In this document: positions 52,230 through 64,000 of the stretch, one piece after another
How the letters are laid out: each line of letters begins with the position of its first letter
Position numbering within the stretch: position 1 is the stretch's first letter
Origin: Eledone cirrhosa
Lineage: Eukaryota
Direction of reading: 5' to 3'
DNA: 64,000 nucleotides
NCBI GenBank assembly: GCA_964016885.1
Contig: OZ024740.1
Coordinates: 60,574,001-60,638,000 of the forward strand
Notes under the pieces: model-generated
Told to the model about the DNA's origin: nothing
What the model saw: only the letters and a program-made list of their open reading frames with translations
Databases searched by the model: none
Program-made: the position numbers and the translations under genes

Positions 52230-52615
52230 TAATTTGGAGGCAGGCGCATAGAGCACGAGAAGATCAAACGAGATGTGCGTAAGCAATGCCCTGGTGTATC
52301 TCTCGAAACGATCGGTGTCTCCATTGAATTGGTGTATCCTGAGTGTGGAAAGATTTTCTTGAGTAAATCTGGTCTCAGGAGCCATAGTCACAGTCATGTT
52401 CAAAGAGAACCAGTGAACTATGATCTCCACGGTATTGTGAAGGTGCACAAGTGGAATACCTGAGGCCAGGGAGATCCATAATTGTCAATGTGCGAAAGAG
52501 TGCGTCTCTAGCAGGCTTGAAAAGCCATATCCGAACGTCACACATCGGAATCTGACAAGCGATAGCAATACTCCTAGCGTGAGTTTGCCGCCATCATGTA
52601 TGTATGTATGTATGT
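52230..52615 (+). mobile_element. RTE-like LINE 3' end with two C2H2-like fingers and (ATGT)n tail
   Basis: VYPECGKIFLSKSGLRSHSHSH and [22 protein letters not shown]. 3' end GAGTTTGCCGCCATCATG(TATG)n resembles the short-element tail. Confidence 0.65.
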
Positions 52616-53290
52616 TTCTCTCTTTTTCTTAATTTCGAGTTTATTTTGACCAGTTACCTTTCCGATGGCAAGGTTGTAAAGAAAATGCATCTTCCTTAGT
52701 ACAATCGTTCATCGTTTGAATGTTAAGATGTGTTTGCAGTTGCTGAAGATTTCAGATAGCGTGGCCATGTGTAACGTATGAATTGAGGAGCTGTGTTCTT
52801 TCTCTAAGAATCCAGGTTCAGTCATTTTGGTTCAAGCGATTTGGTGTATATCCTGTAGCTTCAATAATAATATAGGTGTGAAACTGAACAGTATTTGGGG
52901 TACAAAATCTACAAATTCCTCATCAATGGTCCGTATATATCCTCCTTCTCATATCTTCTTTACTACTACATCGAGGGGCCAACTGACTTCTACGACAGAT
53001 CATGCAATCTGTGGTCTCAAACAACAATGTCAGGCTGATTGTTTTAATTTGGTGGCAGTTTTTATATTCAGGTTCCACCAATATTCCTTTCAACCATCAG
53101 TCTCAATATGTTAATCCCAACGTGTTCTTACATCCGTTTCCCTAATGATTTCCAAATTGTTCTGGCAACCACATCTTCTTCATGTGGAGGTAGTAAACAA
53201 AAGACATTCTGTTGGGGTGCCTTTTGTAGAAACTTAGTTTCCATGTTGAAGCTACGATATACTTCCAGTTATGGCTGTTATTATATGTGT
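52616..53290 (-). mobile_element. Degenerate R4/Dong-like fragment (RLE domain and 3'UTR)
   Basis: Minus-strand pieces DVVARTIW, EYWWNLNIKTATKLK, QPDIVV, VVEVSWPLDV and DIYGPLMR. The 3' end abuts (CATA)n. Confidence 0.7.
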
Positions 53291-53712
53291 GGATCTGTAT
53301 GTTTTGAGTTATATGTGTGCAATGTGTATATAGTGTATCTGTACATGTGTTGTATCTGTACATGTGTATATATTTTGTATCTGTACATCTGTACATGGAG
53401 TTGTTATATGCAGAATTTTCGGAATGTTTTACATATTTTTACCGTTCCGTGTATGTATGTAAGTAGGAAGGTAAGTAGGTAGGTATATTTCTATATATGT
53501 GTGTGTGTGAGCATGCGCGTGTTTGTATCTACATTTTTATTTACAACAGAAATAAAGAGTACTCAATACATGATGTAGTTTTTATAATTATTATGAATCA
53601 GTTATTTAACGAATCAATTCACCCCGTTACTCGGAGTTTCGTACCAAGTGGGTTGAATAAAATATGGGCACGTGTCCGTATTTGCTTACGCGTATACACG
53701 CGTGGGTGATGA

Positions 53713-53789
<77 letters not shown>

Positions 53790-54187
53790 CGCGTCTGTGT
53801 GTGTCTGTGTGTGTGTGTGCGCATGCGTGGGACATACGTATTTCCAATAAGCCAAAAATATATCTGCGAAAACCTTCAGAGTGTCTGATGTCAATGAAGA
53901 CCACAACCTATAGATGACAGCAACACGTGCAGTCACTTGCAGCCACTCAACATCTCCATCCCCATCACACACACCCCTTTCTCTTGTATAAATCGATAGA
54001 TAAACCTTGACTCACAAATATAAACACCATCACCAAACCATGTACTGACTCATACCTTTCTAATCATATACATTCAGCATGAAAAACATGCAAGAATTTT
54101 TAATCAGTGCTGCTTCTGCAAACTTCTGGAAAATCTTTCTCACACCAATTATTTCTATATGCATGTGTGAATATCTTTGTTTATAAG

Positions 54188-54252
<65 letters not shown>

Positions 54253-54306
54253 GTAGTATCGTTAATTTGAACTAAACGTAAAGTACTCAATGCAAAGCAT
54301 GCATGA

Positions 54307-54372
<66 letters not shown>

Positions 54373-54422
54373 ACGGCCTTGATATCGAATAGAAGTTGCC
54401 AGAATACTCAGTACCTCTCATA

Positions 54423-54494
<72 letters not shown>

Positions 54495-54514
54495 ATATAT
54501 ATATATATTATATA

Positions 54515-54547
<33 letters not shown>

Positions 54548-55052
54548 ACTTTATCTTATATCAGAATATTCACATCATTATATCAGCCATATCATCATAT
54601 ATGATCCTAGATCCATTATTATTACCGTGTATTATTGAAACCAATTCACAACTATACTAAATGAAACCAATTTACACTTGTAAGATACTACCTCATTATA
54701 GACTGTCCTCTACACTACATTACTCAACCATTTTCAAAACGTTTTTACAAACTTCATAAAAGTGCAATGGAATGAGGTCTACAAAGTAACAGGATGAACG
54801 TTTTAAAAATTCAACAACGCCACAATCGCCAACATAGGCATTGGAATAGATATATACGACAAAAGAATTATAAAGGTACCGGAAGAAAGCTACAAGAAAA
54901 TTACAACCGTATTTACAGAGAAGAAATTGCCAACCTCGAAGAAACCAAAGTCAACCTCTAACATAATACACAACTGAAATAAAACTCACCAGCAACATCT
55001 TAAAAAGGAGATAAATAAACAGAAAAACTGGCATCATTTATACATACATACG

Positions 55053-55098
<46 letters not shown>

Positions 55099-55144
55099 CA
55101 TACGTACATACATACATACATACATACATACATACATACATACA

Positions 55145-55180
<36 letters not shown>

Positions 55181-55585
55181 CATGGTGGCTGCCAACTCGT
55201 TTTTGAGTATGGCCACTACTTTATATCCATGTAGGAGAACCCCTACCGATGCGCTGAACGAGTGTGACTTTTTAGTCCAGCCAGCGACTTGAAAACTCTG
55301 GTACAAACACTACACTTGTGACAATTATTGACACATAGTGCTGGGCTCATGGTACCATGTGACGACAAGTGCAGGGAGATCTCCAGATATAAAGCAATAC
55401 CTATGCCGTGAAGCTTTTATAGTGAGCAAAGGCACTGCACAAAGCCAGTCCCACTCTCTTAACCAAGATGATATTTACCAAAAAGAAGAACAAGTCAACA
55501 TCATTGGATACCATCAGAGTTGCAGGTGTTATATCAGAGTTTTCCTTCTCCTAGAATTCTGCCTTGACAAAGGCTAAGGGGTCAT
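55181..55585 (-). mobile_element. RTE-derived short element, near full length
   Basis: Collinear with 56195-56599. Confidence 0.75.
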
Positions 55586-55782
55586 ATATATACATAAATA
55601 CATTCATACATACACCCATGCATACTTACATACAGGCGTACATGCATATATACATACATACATACATGCATATACATACACATCCATATATACACACATA
55701 CATGCAGACAGGCATACATAGATACATACACACATACATACATACATGTATGCATGCATACATACATACATACATACATACA

Positions 55783-55815
<33 letters not shown>

Positions 55816-55832
55816 GCAATCCTGCATACTTA

Positions 55833-56118
55833 CATGATGGCTGCAAACTCTGCTAAGAGTACAGCAATCGCCTGTCAGGTTATAGAGTTTGGTGCACTTT
55901 TAGGCTACGGCCAGCCACACAAACCTGAAACAGATCCAGAACAAGCAATGTCTGTGCTTTGAAGGTTTTATAAGTGGTAAAAGGCCTTGCAGTCGACCAA
56001 TCCCACTCTCTGAGCATCGCAAACACTACTCGAAAAGGCGAACTAGTCAACATCATCAGATGCTTCCGAAGCCACGGGTTTTTTTTCATAGTTTCCCTCT
56101 CCTAGAAAGGTGTTGATT
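55833..56118 (-). mobile_element. Diverged sister family of the RTE-derived short element
   Basis: Shares blocks CTAGGAGA.GGAAA, TGATGTTGAC, AGAGAGTGGGA.TGG and the tail GAGTT.GCAGCCA.CATG. Confidence 0.55.
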
Positions 56119-56194
56119 AAAAAAAACATACATACATACATACATACATACATACATACATACATACATACATACATACATACATACATACATA

Positions 56195-56654
56195 CATGGT
56201 GGCTGCCAACTCGTTTTCGAGTACGGCCACTACTTTATATCCATGTAGGAGAACCCCTACCGATGCGCTGAACGAGTGTGACTTTTTAGTCCAGCCAGCG
56301 ACTTGAAAACTCTGGTACAAACACTACACTTGTGACAATTATTGACACACAGTGCTGGTCCCATGGTACCATGTGACGACAAGTGCAGAGAGATCTCCAG
56401 ATATAAAGCATTGCCTGTGCCGTGAAGCTTTTATAGTGAGCAAAGGCACTGCACAAAGCCAGTCCCACTCTCTTAACCAAGATGATATTTACCAAAAAGA
56501 GAAACATGTCAACATCATTGGATACCATCAGAGTTGCAGATGTTATATCAGAGTTTTCCTTCTCCTAGAATTCTGCCTTGACAAAGGCTAAGGGGTCATC
56601 TCTCACGGTGATTTTGGATGGCCATTGACTCTTAAGAGCTCTTTTGCCCTTTGA
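56195..56654 (-). mobile_element. RTE-derived short element, longest copy (~460 bp)
   Basis: CATA-flanked on both sides; no RT coding; C2H2 remnant and (TGTA)n tail. Confidence 0.75.
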
Positions 56655-56736
56655 TACATACATACATGCATGTATGCATGCATAAATACATACATATAAA
56701 CACACACATACATACATACATACATACATACATACA

Positions 56737-56769
<33 letters not shown>

Positions 56770-56809
56770 GCATGTATGCATGCATAAATACATACAAACA
56801 CACATACAA

Positions 56810-56844
<35 letters not shown>

Positions 56845-57060
56845 AAACTACTACTAATTACTGTATGGGGTAATTAGCAGCATGATATCAGTCACCATAC
56901 ACCCCATGTGGCAATAACTACCCCAATAATATATATAGTGTGGGTAGTACAGTGAATTAATGGTGTTGCTACCAAGCACTCTATGCACATGCAGAGTATA
57001 TATAATAGAAGAAGAAAACGAGGAAGTTTCGTTTACATATAAATTTTTTTTTTTGTCTCA

Positions 57061-57149
57061 TCGCCAGTCTGAGGAACAGATCGATAGCGGGGGCAACACT
57101 TATCGATTACCTTGAGCCAATCCTCTGAGAAACGGGCGTAACAGGTCGA
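57061..57149 (+). ncRNA. Hammerhead-like motif with long branched stem II
   Basis: TCGCCAGT-CTGAGGA-aCAGA...(ATCGATA/TATCGAT hairpin)...TCTGa-GAAA-CGGGCG-TA-ACAGGTCGA, inside inverted termini 57001-57043 and 57166-57200. Confidence 0.5.
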
Positions 57150-57192
57150 TACACAATAAATATATTTTATATGAAAACGAAACTTTTTTTTC

Positions 57193-57235
<43 letters not shown>

Positions 57236-57351
57236 GTGTAGAAATATCCATGATCTCCAGCAGAGAACTGATGAAAGGGAAATTATCCCCCGTTCGTGCT
57301 TTCCTCTTATTTATAAATATACTTTATCCAGCAACTACACACCCTCTGTTT

Positions 57352-57425
<74 letters not shown>

Positions 57426-57764
57426 TCATAATATATACTCTCTTGAATAATCGTTCCCCTACCCCCGCTTATTAATTTCTCAGATTTTTTCCACCACCAC
57501 CCTTATTAAATTTTGCTAATCTTTCTCCGGCGAAATTTTATTTTAAGTGGTAGCATCCCTGATCCAATTAATTTTTTTAGACATTAAAAACTATTATACG
57601 TGACAAAAAAAAAAAAAAGAACATTATAATATTTTGCATACATTATAAAATAAAAAGAATCGGTTGGGGTCTCAATATGTAAACTAAATGACTAATTCTG
57701 GTTTTTTAGTTTTTAAAAAATTCAAGGACACAACATAGAAAAATTAAATATTAAATATACACTT

Positions 57765-57854
<90 letters not shown>

Positions 57855-58549
57855 AAACATAAATTATCGAGATTCGCATTTCGGCCCACGAAATAACGAA
57901 AAACAACCTCCGAGATGTGCGGCAAGTGCTCAATGATTCAGAAGAACCAGAGCTATAACAAACGTTAAAGGATAAACACACTGAGACGATGGTTAAACAA
58001 TCATTCGCATAGCCAAAAAAACGATCAAGTAATTCGGGTATTGAAAATTTACCCGGACCCCTGGAAAGTTAGTACAATCCAGTATATGGGTTTCTGCGGC
58101 TCCTAAATCAAGTACCGTCCGCTCTGTGTTTATAGTGTTGGTGGTATCAGAGCCTTGGGACATATATATATATGCATGCATACATATAAATACATACACT
58201 CGCAAGCATACTAGGGTGTTCCATTTTGCAAAGAAATAACGCAGTTATTAATAAGAAGAGTTGAAATTAACGTATGCAAGATTTCACAGCACTAGCATCA
58301 CTCCTTTATAGTATATAATCGTTCTCCCTAAATCATAATGGTTTCTGATATAGGCACAACGCCAGCAAATTTGGGGGAGGAGTAGTCGATTAAATCGACC
58401 CCAGTGCATTACTGGTACTTTATTTTATCGATCCCGTAAGGATGAAATGCAAAGCTAACCTCGACGGGATTTGAACTCAGGATGTAATGGGCGTAACTCT
58501 ATTCCATAAAGCATGTCCGACGCTCTACCGATACTGCAAATCCACGGCC

Positions 58550-59130
58550 CACACGAATTCAAACCACCCCACGTCTCACATCTAACGCGTAATATACACG
58601 ATGGCTTCAACAACAAAATCCTAATACGCGGATCTTTCTAACTACTATCGATGTTAGTAAAACTTTCGACCCCATTCACTGCTATCCACTCATACATAAA
58701 AGGAAAAAATACACAACGGCGCATTCAGACATAACACAGAACGCTGGTTACCAGACGACCGACCGACAAGTCTATGTAATGTAGAGTAATAACACTTTCA
58801 GAATCTGTAATCTCACGAATGGAGTCCTACAAAAATACACAACGGTGCATTCAGACATAACACAAAACGCTGGTTACCAGACGACCGACCGACAAGTCTA
58901 TGAAATGTAGAATAATAAAACTTTCAGTATCTGTAACTTCACGAATGGAGTCCTACAAAAATTCATCATCCTCTCTCCCTCTCTTTTCAACCCATAACTA
59001 TACATTCTTCCCCACACCTCCACACAACATGTAGGCAACCTTTTACGTAGATGACATCGCACACACACATTCTCCCATCATTCTCCAGACACTGCTGCAT
59101 AACTTCTGTAATCCTACATATCTCACCTAG
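58550..59130 (+). pseudogene. Highly degenerate LINE RT fragment with ~126-bp tandem duplication
   Basis: TIDVSKTFD and FYVDDI motifs; 58705-58830 is repeated at 58831-58956. Confidence 0.5.
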
Positions 59131-61089
59131 AAACCGGGAAGTTCCACTACAAACTTAAAGAGGTACCTACCAAATTTATTGCCTCTCTTTATACCAGCAG
59201 CACCAAAGAGCATCAAATACATACAATTAATCATCACAGTCAACAACATAATTATAACTGTTTCTACTTTAGGCACAAGGCCAGTAATTTGAAGGGAAGG
59301 GGAAAGTCGGTTATATCGACCCAAGTGTATTACTGGTACTTTATTTTATCCATCTCACAAGGATGAAAGACACTCGGTGGGATTTGGACGCAGAACGTAA
59401 AGGGATGTAACTCTATGTTGCACAATATTGTGCCCAATGCTCTACCGATACTGCCAATCCATACAAACACAGAGACAAACATGCCAGGAGTTTCATAAGA
59501 GTCCTCCACAACATTCACAGCACACCTAAAAGAAATAAAATGACGCCCAGACCATATTTTTAGCAATTACAGATAACATGCTAATAAACAAAAATAGAGA
59601 AAAAAAAAGTAGGGCGGCTTTTTTTTAAGGAAAGGGGAACCCTACGTCAGAGGTTCTCAAACATTTTGTGCCACCCACCTCCACCCCTCAGGGCCACGTA
59701 ATACCCTCAGAACCCCCACTCCTATTTCCAGAGAGACCTGCCTACACACAAATTGTAAATAATATATAATTGTTTCTACTTTAGGCACAAGGCCAGCACA
59801 TACCCAGTATATTACTGGTACTTTATTTTATCGACTCCGTAAGGATGAAAGGAAAAGTGAACCTCGGCGGGATTTGAGCACAGAATGGCAAGGGCCGTAA
59901 CTCTATGCGTCAAAGCATGCCAATCCACCTATATAATTAATAAAATCGTTAATTTATATATAATAAATAATATAATATATACTATGTATAAATAAATATA
60001 TATATTTTTATTTTACTGTATTTATATATATGTATCATTTGATATTCAATATACTATTATATCATTTCTACCGCCCACCCCTTTGGCTCCAGCGCCCATT
60101 TCGACAACATCTTCTCTACGATTTTGACCAGGTGGTACAATCTCAACTGCTTTCTATGGACAAGATGGTGAAAGCATTTCCGTGGCGAACAGCAAACCAC
60201 ACTCGCTGCATCCCATAATATAGGATGTCACATGTTGCGATACGTTCTCCGGGTGCCATCTCATCACCCGGTAACGAATCCGGGCACCGCGTGGCACTAA
60301 CCCCTACGTATTTTTTTTTTTTTTTTTTTAATGGTGCACCCTCATATTTAGAAGATTTAACTGTAAATAGCTTATTCCGAAACTCCAGCTTGGAATCATT
60401 GCAAATTCGACTGCCTCCAACCCCCCCCCCCCCCCCGCCCCTCACACACACACACACACACACACACACGAATGTTCTGGAGTCCTCTCCCATCTCGTCC
60501 ACAGTACCAACGCCAGGTGACAGGCCTGCCCAGTGCGATGAAATACAAAAGTGCACCTGAGCGGGGTCTGAACTCAGACTTTAAAGAAACGTAACTATAT
60601 CTCATAATGTATTTTGTCCAACGCTCTTATCTCTACGTGCGCGTGTATGTGTTTGTGCGTGTGCACGCGCGAGGGTGCGTGTGCGCATGTATGTGTGTAC
60701 GTATATAAGTCAAAGAGGTGGGAGAGGAGCCAAAAACCTCCATGTCGCCAAAGAAATTAAGCTTGTAGTTATGTTTGTCTTACAAGAAAATCAGTGAAAG
60801 ATCAGCCACGTTGATCAAAGAAAGCATTAGTAAACTGAGCGGATTGAAAAGTATTTAGAACAATCCCTATAGCAATGTAACAAACGAAAATACACCGAAA
60901 ACGTCAAAAGTGAAAAATTTATAATAAATGAAAGGAAATGTACTTAATAAGTCAAAAAATAAAAACAAAATTTGACTTACTAGTATCATGTATGTATGTA
61001 CGTATGTATGTGTGTATGTATGTGTTGTATGTATGTGTGTATGTATGTACGTATGTATGTACGTACATACATACATATGTACGGATATA

Positions 61090-61412
61090 TGATGTTGACT
61101 TGTTCTTCTTTTTGGTAAATATCATCTTGGTTAAGAGAGTGGGACTGGCTTTGTGCAGTGCCTTTGTTCACTATAAAAGCTTCACGGCACAGGCATTGCT
61201 TTATATCTGGAGATCTCTCTGCACTTGTCGTCACGTGGTACTATGGGCCCAGTACTATGTGTTAATAATTGTCACAAGTGTAGTGTTTGTACCAGAGTTT
61301 TCAAGTCGCTGGCTGGACTAAAAGGTTACACTCGTTCAGCGCATCGGTAGGAGTTCTCCTACATGGATATAAAGTAGTGGCCGTACTCGAAAACGAGTTG
61401 GCAGCCACCATG
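61090..61412 (+). mobile_element. RTE-derived short element, opposite orientation
   Basis: Reverse complement of 55181-55503; (TATG)n-flanked. Confidence 0.75.
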
Positions 61413-62499
61413 TATGTATGTATGTATATTTGTATGTTTGTATGTATGTTTGTGTTTGCACGTGTATGTATGTATATAAGTATGTATTAGTCAACGGTAA
61501 CAACGCGAATTTGTAGTAAGCGAAAAGAAATATCTATAGTCTATAGTATGTATAAAATCCAGCGTTCATTTAGCATTACAATCTTAGTCTACTGCTAGTG
61601 TAGTGCGGAAATGTATTTCTCATGCATCGGCCAGGTTGTTTAAGTAATATGTAAGGAAGGTTGTTATTTTAGACATCAAGCTAGATAAACTGAAAAAAGA
61701 AAAAAGAAACATCCTGATAAACAAGATGGAAATACAATCATTTCATTTTCCCTCATTCATCTTGGGATGAACAACAAAATGTTATCTCAAATATACGTAT
61801 GGATCGTATTTCTTAGATAAGAATCCAATACCAATTTCAATATTTATGTAATGATTGTCCGATATTAGATATCTTTTTGTTAGAACATATATTCAGAATA
61901 TAAGTGATAATAGAGAACATTAACTCACTTTTTATTACAATAATTTTTTTTAGGAAAACAAATTACCCTCAAATCTTTAATGTATTTAATCTGGCTTCGT
62001 AAAGTCTGTTTAGAATATATGCAGGCAAAAAAATAGGACAAAGACAATAAACGGAAACACGAGAAAAATAAGCACGTCGACAGAGAAACGGAGACAGGGA
62101 AACCAGGATAACTGCAGAGAGACAGTAGAAACATGGACAATAAGACAAGGAACTTCCCATCATTAATTACCTCGGTGGATTGGCTATATAGGTAGAGAGT
62201 GGGACACTATGCTTTGACGCATAGAGTTATGGCCCTTTACCGTCTGAGTTCAAATTCCGCCGAGGTTATCTTTGCCTTTCATCCTTACGGGGTCGATAAA
62301 ATATAGTACCAGTAATACACTGGGATAATTGTGGCCTTGTGCCAAAAGTAGAAACAATTAATTACCCATCATGGTTGGTGGATTGGCAGTATAGGTAGAA
62401 ATAGCCAAAAATCTGCCGCCGTTGTGCAGTGATGGTAACCCATAAAATTATTCAACCACGCCTTTTCCATGGCCTCCTCATCACGCAGAACATTCTCAT

Positions 62500-63115
62500 T
62501 ATTGTCCTAAGGCAACGTCAGTAGATTCTAAAGGTCTTTTTCCATGTCTCGCAGGTGAAGCTTTATGTCTTTGCTGATGGAGTAGTTGGACCATTCAGGC
62601 TTCAGAAACTGACAGACAGCTGCAGCTTTGTTAGCAGAGTCTCTTTTCCGCATGAGTTCTTGAGTTGCCATCTTTAACGAAAACACTGATCAGGTATGCG
62701 AATATATCAACGGAATCTAGAGTCTAGCTCTCCATCTGGATGGTTGCTGCTGTGCTTCTCCAATGAGCATCAACTGGTCTTTTCAATGTTGGTATGAAGA
62801 CCAACCTTTGAGCTGCTGTTGCTCACACTGGTGGTCATGTCTTGTATTATAGTAGGTATAGTATTAAGGGGTCCCAGACTGTCAGCGAAATCAAGTTCTG
62901 TGAGTCTTCCCTGTTTCCATTTGAGGTCGTATATTGGATGCCCAGTGGACTTCCACATGATAAAATTCAACATCAACAGGAGCAAAAAGGGGGAACAGTA
63001 CACATCCTTGACACCTCTCTGATGACATCGAAACTCGGCATTTCCATCTGTTGTTCTGACACGGCAACGCATCCTTCAGGTGGGCGCTCCATACAGCGCG
63101 ACGATCTTCCATAAG
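62500..63115 (-). pseudogene. Degenerate RTE-clade RT fragment
   Basis: CRVRT, QGCVLFPLF, RLTELDFADS and KVGLHTNIEKT with frameshifts. Confidence 0.75.
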
Positions 63116-64000
63116 GATTCTCTGATTAAGGAGTTTGCTTTGCAACCACGCGTCCGTATTTGTGTTTACGTTTATACAGTTTAACAAACCGATTCGATAA
63201 ATAAAGATCGATAAAAAGAATAGCAAACTGAGAAAATTAAGTGCTGAAGTCGTCTAAATCCTAAACCAGTAAAAGCATATAAGAATATGAGTCGTTTTTT
63301 TTAACAAAGTTGAGAGAGTGGGTGCCATGAAACATAAAAATTGTTGTTCTGCCTAACTTTCTTCACTTTTTATTCTTCTTAATGTTGTCTTTCTCCTAAT
63401 TCTCTTGCCTTCACTGAGGTTGTACCTTTTTATAAGGAGGATTTTTTTTCTTTCATAGTTTCTTTCCTCGAACATCTGTTTTGTGAAACTCTCATCTTGT
63501 TTTCTCGGTGGATATCATCTTAATTCGTTAAAATCTTCTGCTGGTCGTTATCTGATTTCAAGGTATGCAACGATGATTTTAGATGATTTTTATTTTATTT
63601 CCATTTCTTTTATAGCTTCTAACATTAAATTGTTGCTTGGGTCATACTGTATTTATGGTTACTTTTACTGTCGATTTGAGATTTTTGTCCGTAGACGAGA
63701 ATCGAAATTTCGAGCTTCATTTTTGTTCTTCATAAAATTATTCCAAAAATGGAAAATAAATTATTTTCAAAACATTGTGCAGAATGTGCACTACATTCTT
63801 CTTTGCTCATGTTGCCATTATCAACTGAATTTTCCTCATCACGCTCCCATCCCTTCAGTTCGACATTGCATTTGCTATACAAATTTATTTATTTTACTGA
63901 AGTAATTCTAACTCACTTCAAATCAGCTATTCAACAGTTGTTAATCAGAAAACTACAAATATTGTCATGAACAGCACCTTTCTTTAATCTATTCAACAAC

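Noticed and set aside
54557-55035. Possible further R4/Dong or other LINE fragments (also 17720-18350, 48790-49200 and 63240-63960)
   Set aside because: Too degenerate to assign by eye; needs translated HMM searches.
60030-60560. Moderately GC-rich unique segment with short ORFs
   Set aside because: No recognisable motif or convincing splice pair.

Overview
AT-rich eukaryotic DNA, saturated with microsatellites and transposon debris. The repeat spectrum suggests a cephalopod such as Octopus (inference, not verified). No convincing host gene is present apart from one candidate 83-bp exon (22263-22345). The main content is five minus-strand copies of a Tx1/L1-clade non-LTR retrotransposon in two head-to-tail stacks. 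Three 5'-truncated copies sit in (GATA)n. A full-length copy with a frameshifted ORF2 and a copy with an intact 1145-aa APE-RT-ZnF ORF2 but almost no ORF1 sit in (GACA)n, which points to microsatellite targeting with a possible specificity switch. Also present: Penelope-like remnants with several hammerhead-ribozyme motifs (one with an intact core) and many fold-back palindromes; R4/Dong-like fragments ending at (CATA)n; RTE fragments and an RTE-derived short element; a dense tandem SINE array; two deleted mariners; several MITEs; and a 1-kb compound minisatellite. Nearly all short ORFs in the track are translated microsatellites. All alignments, counts and identities were done by eye.
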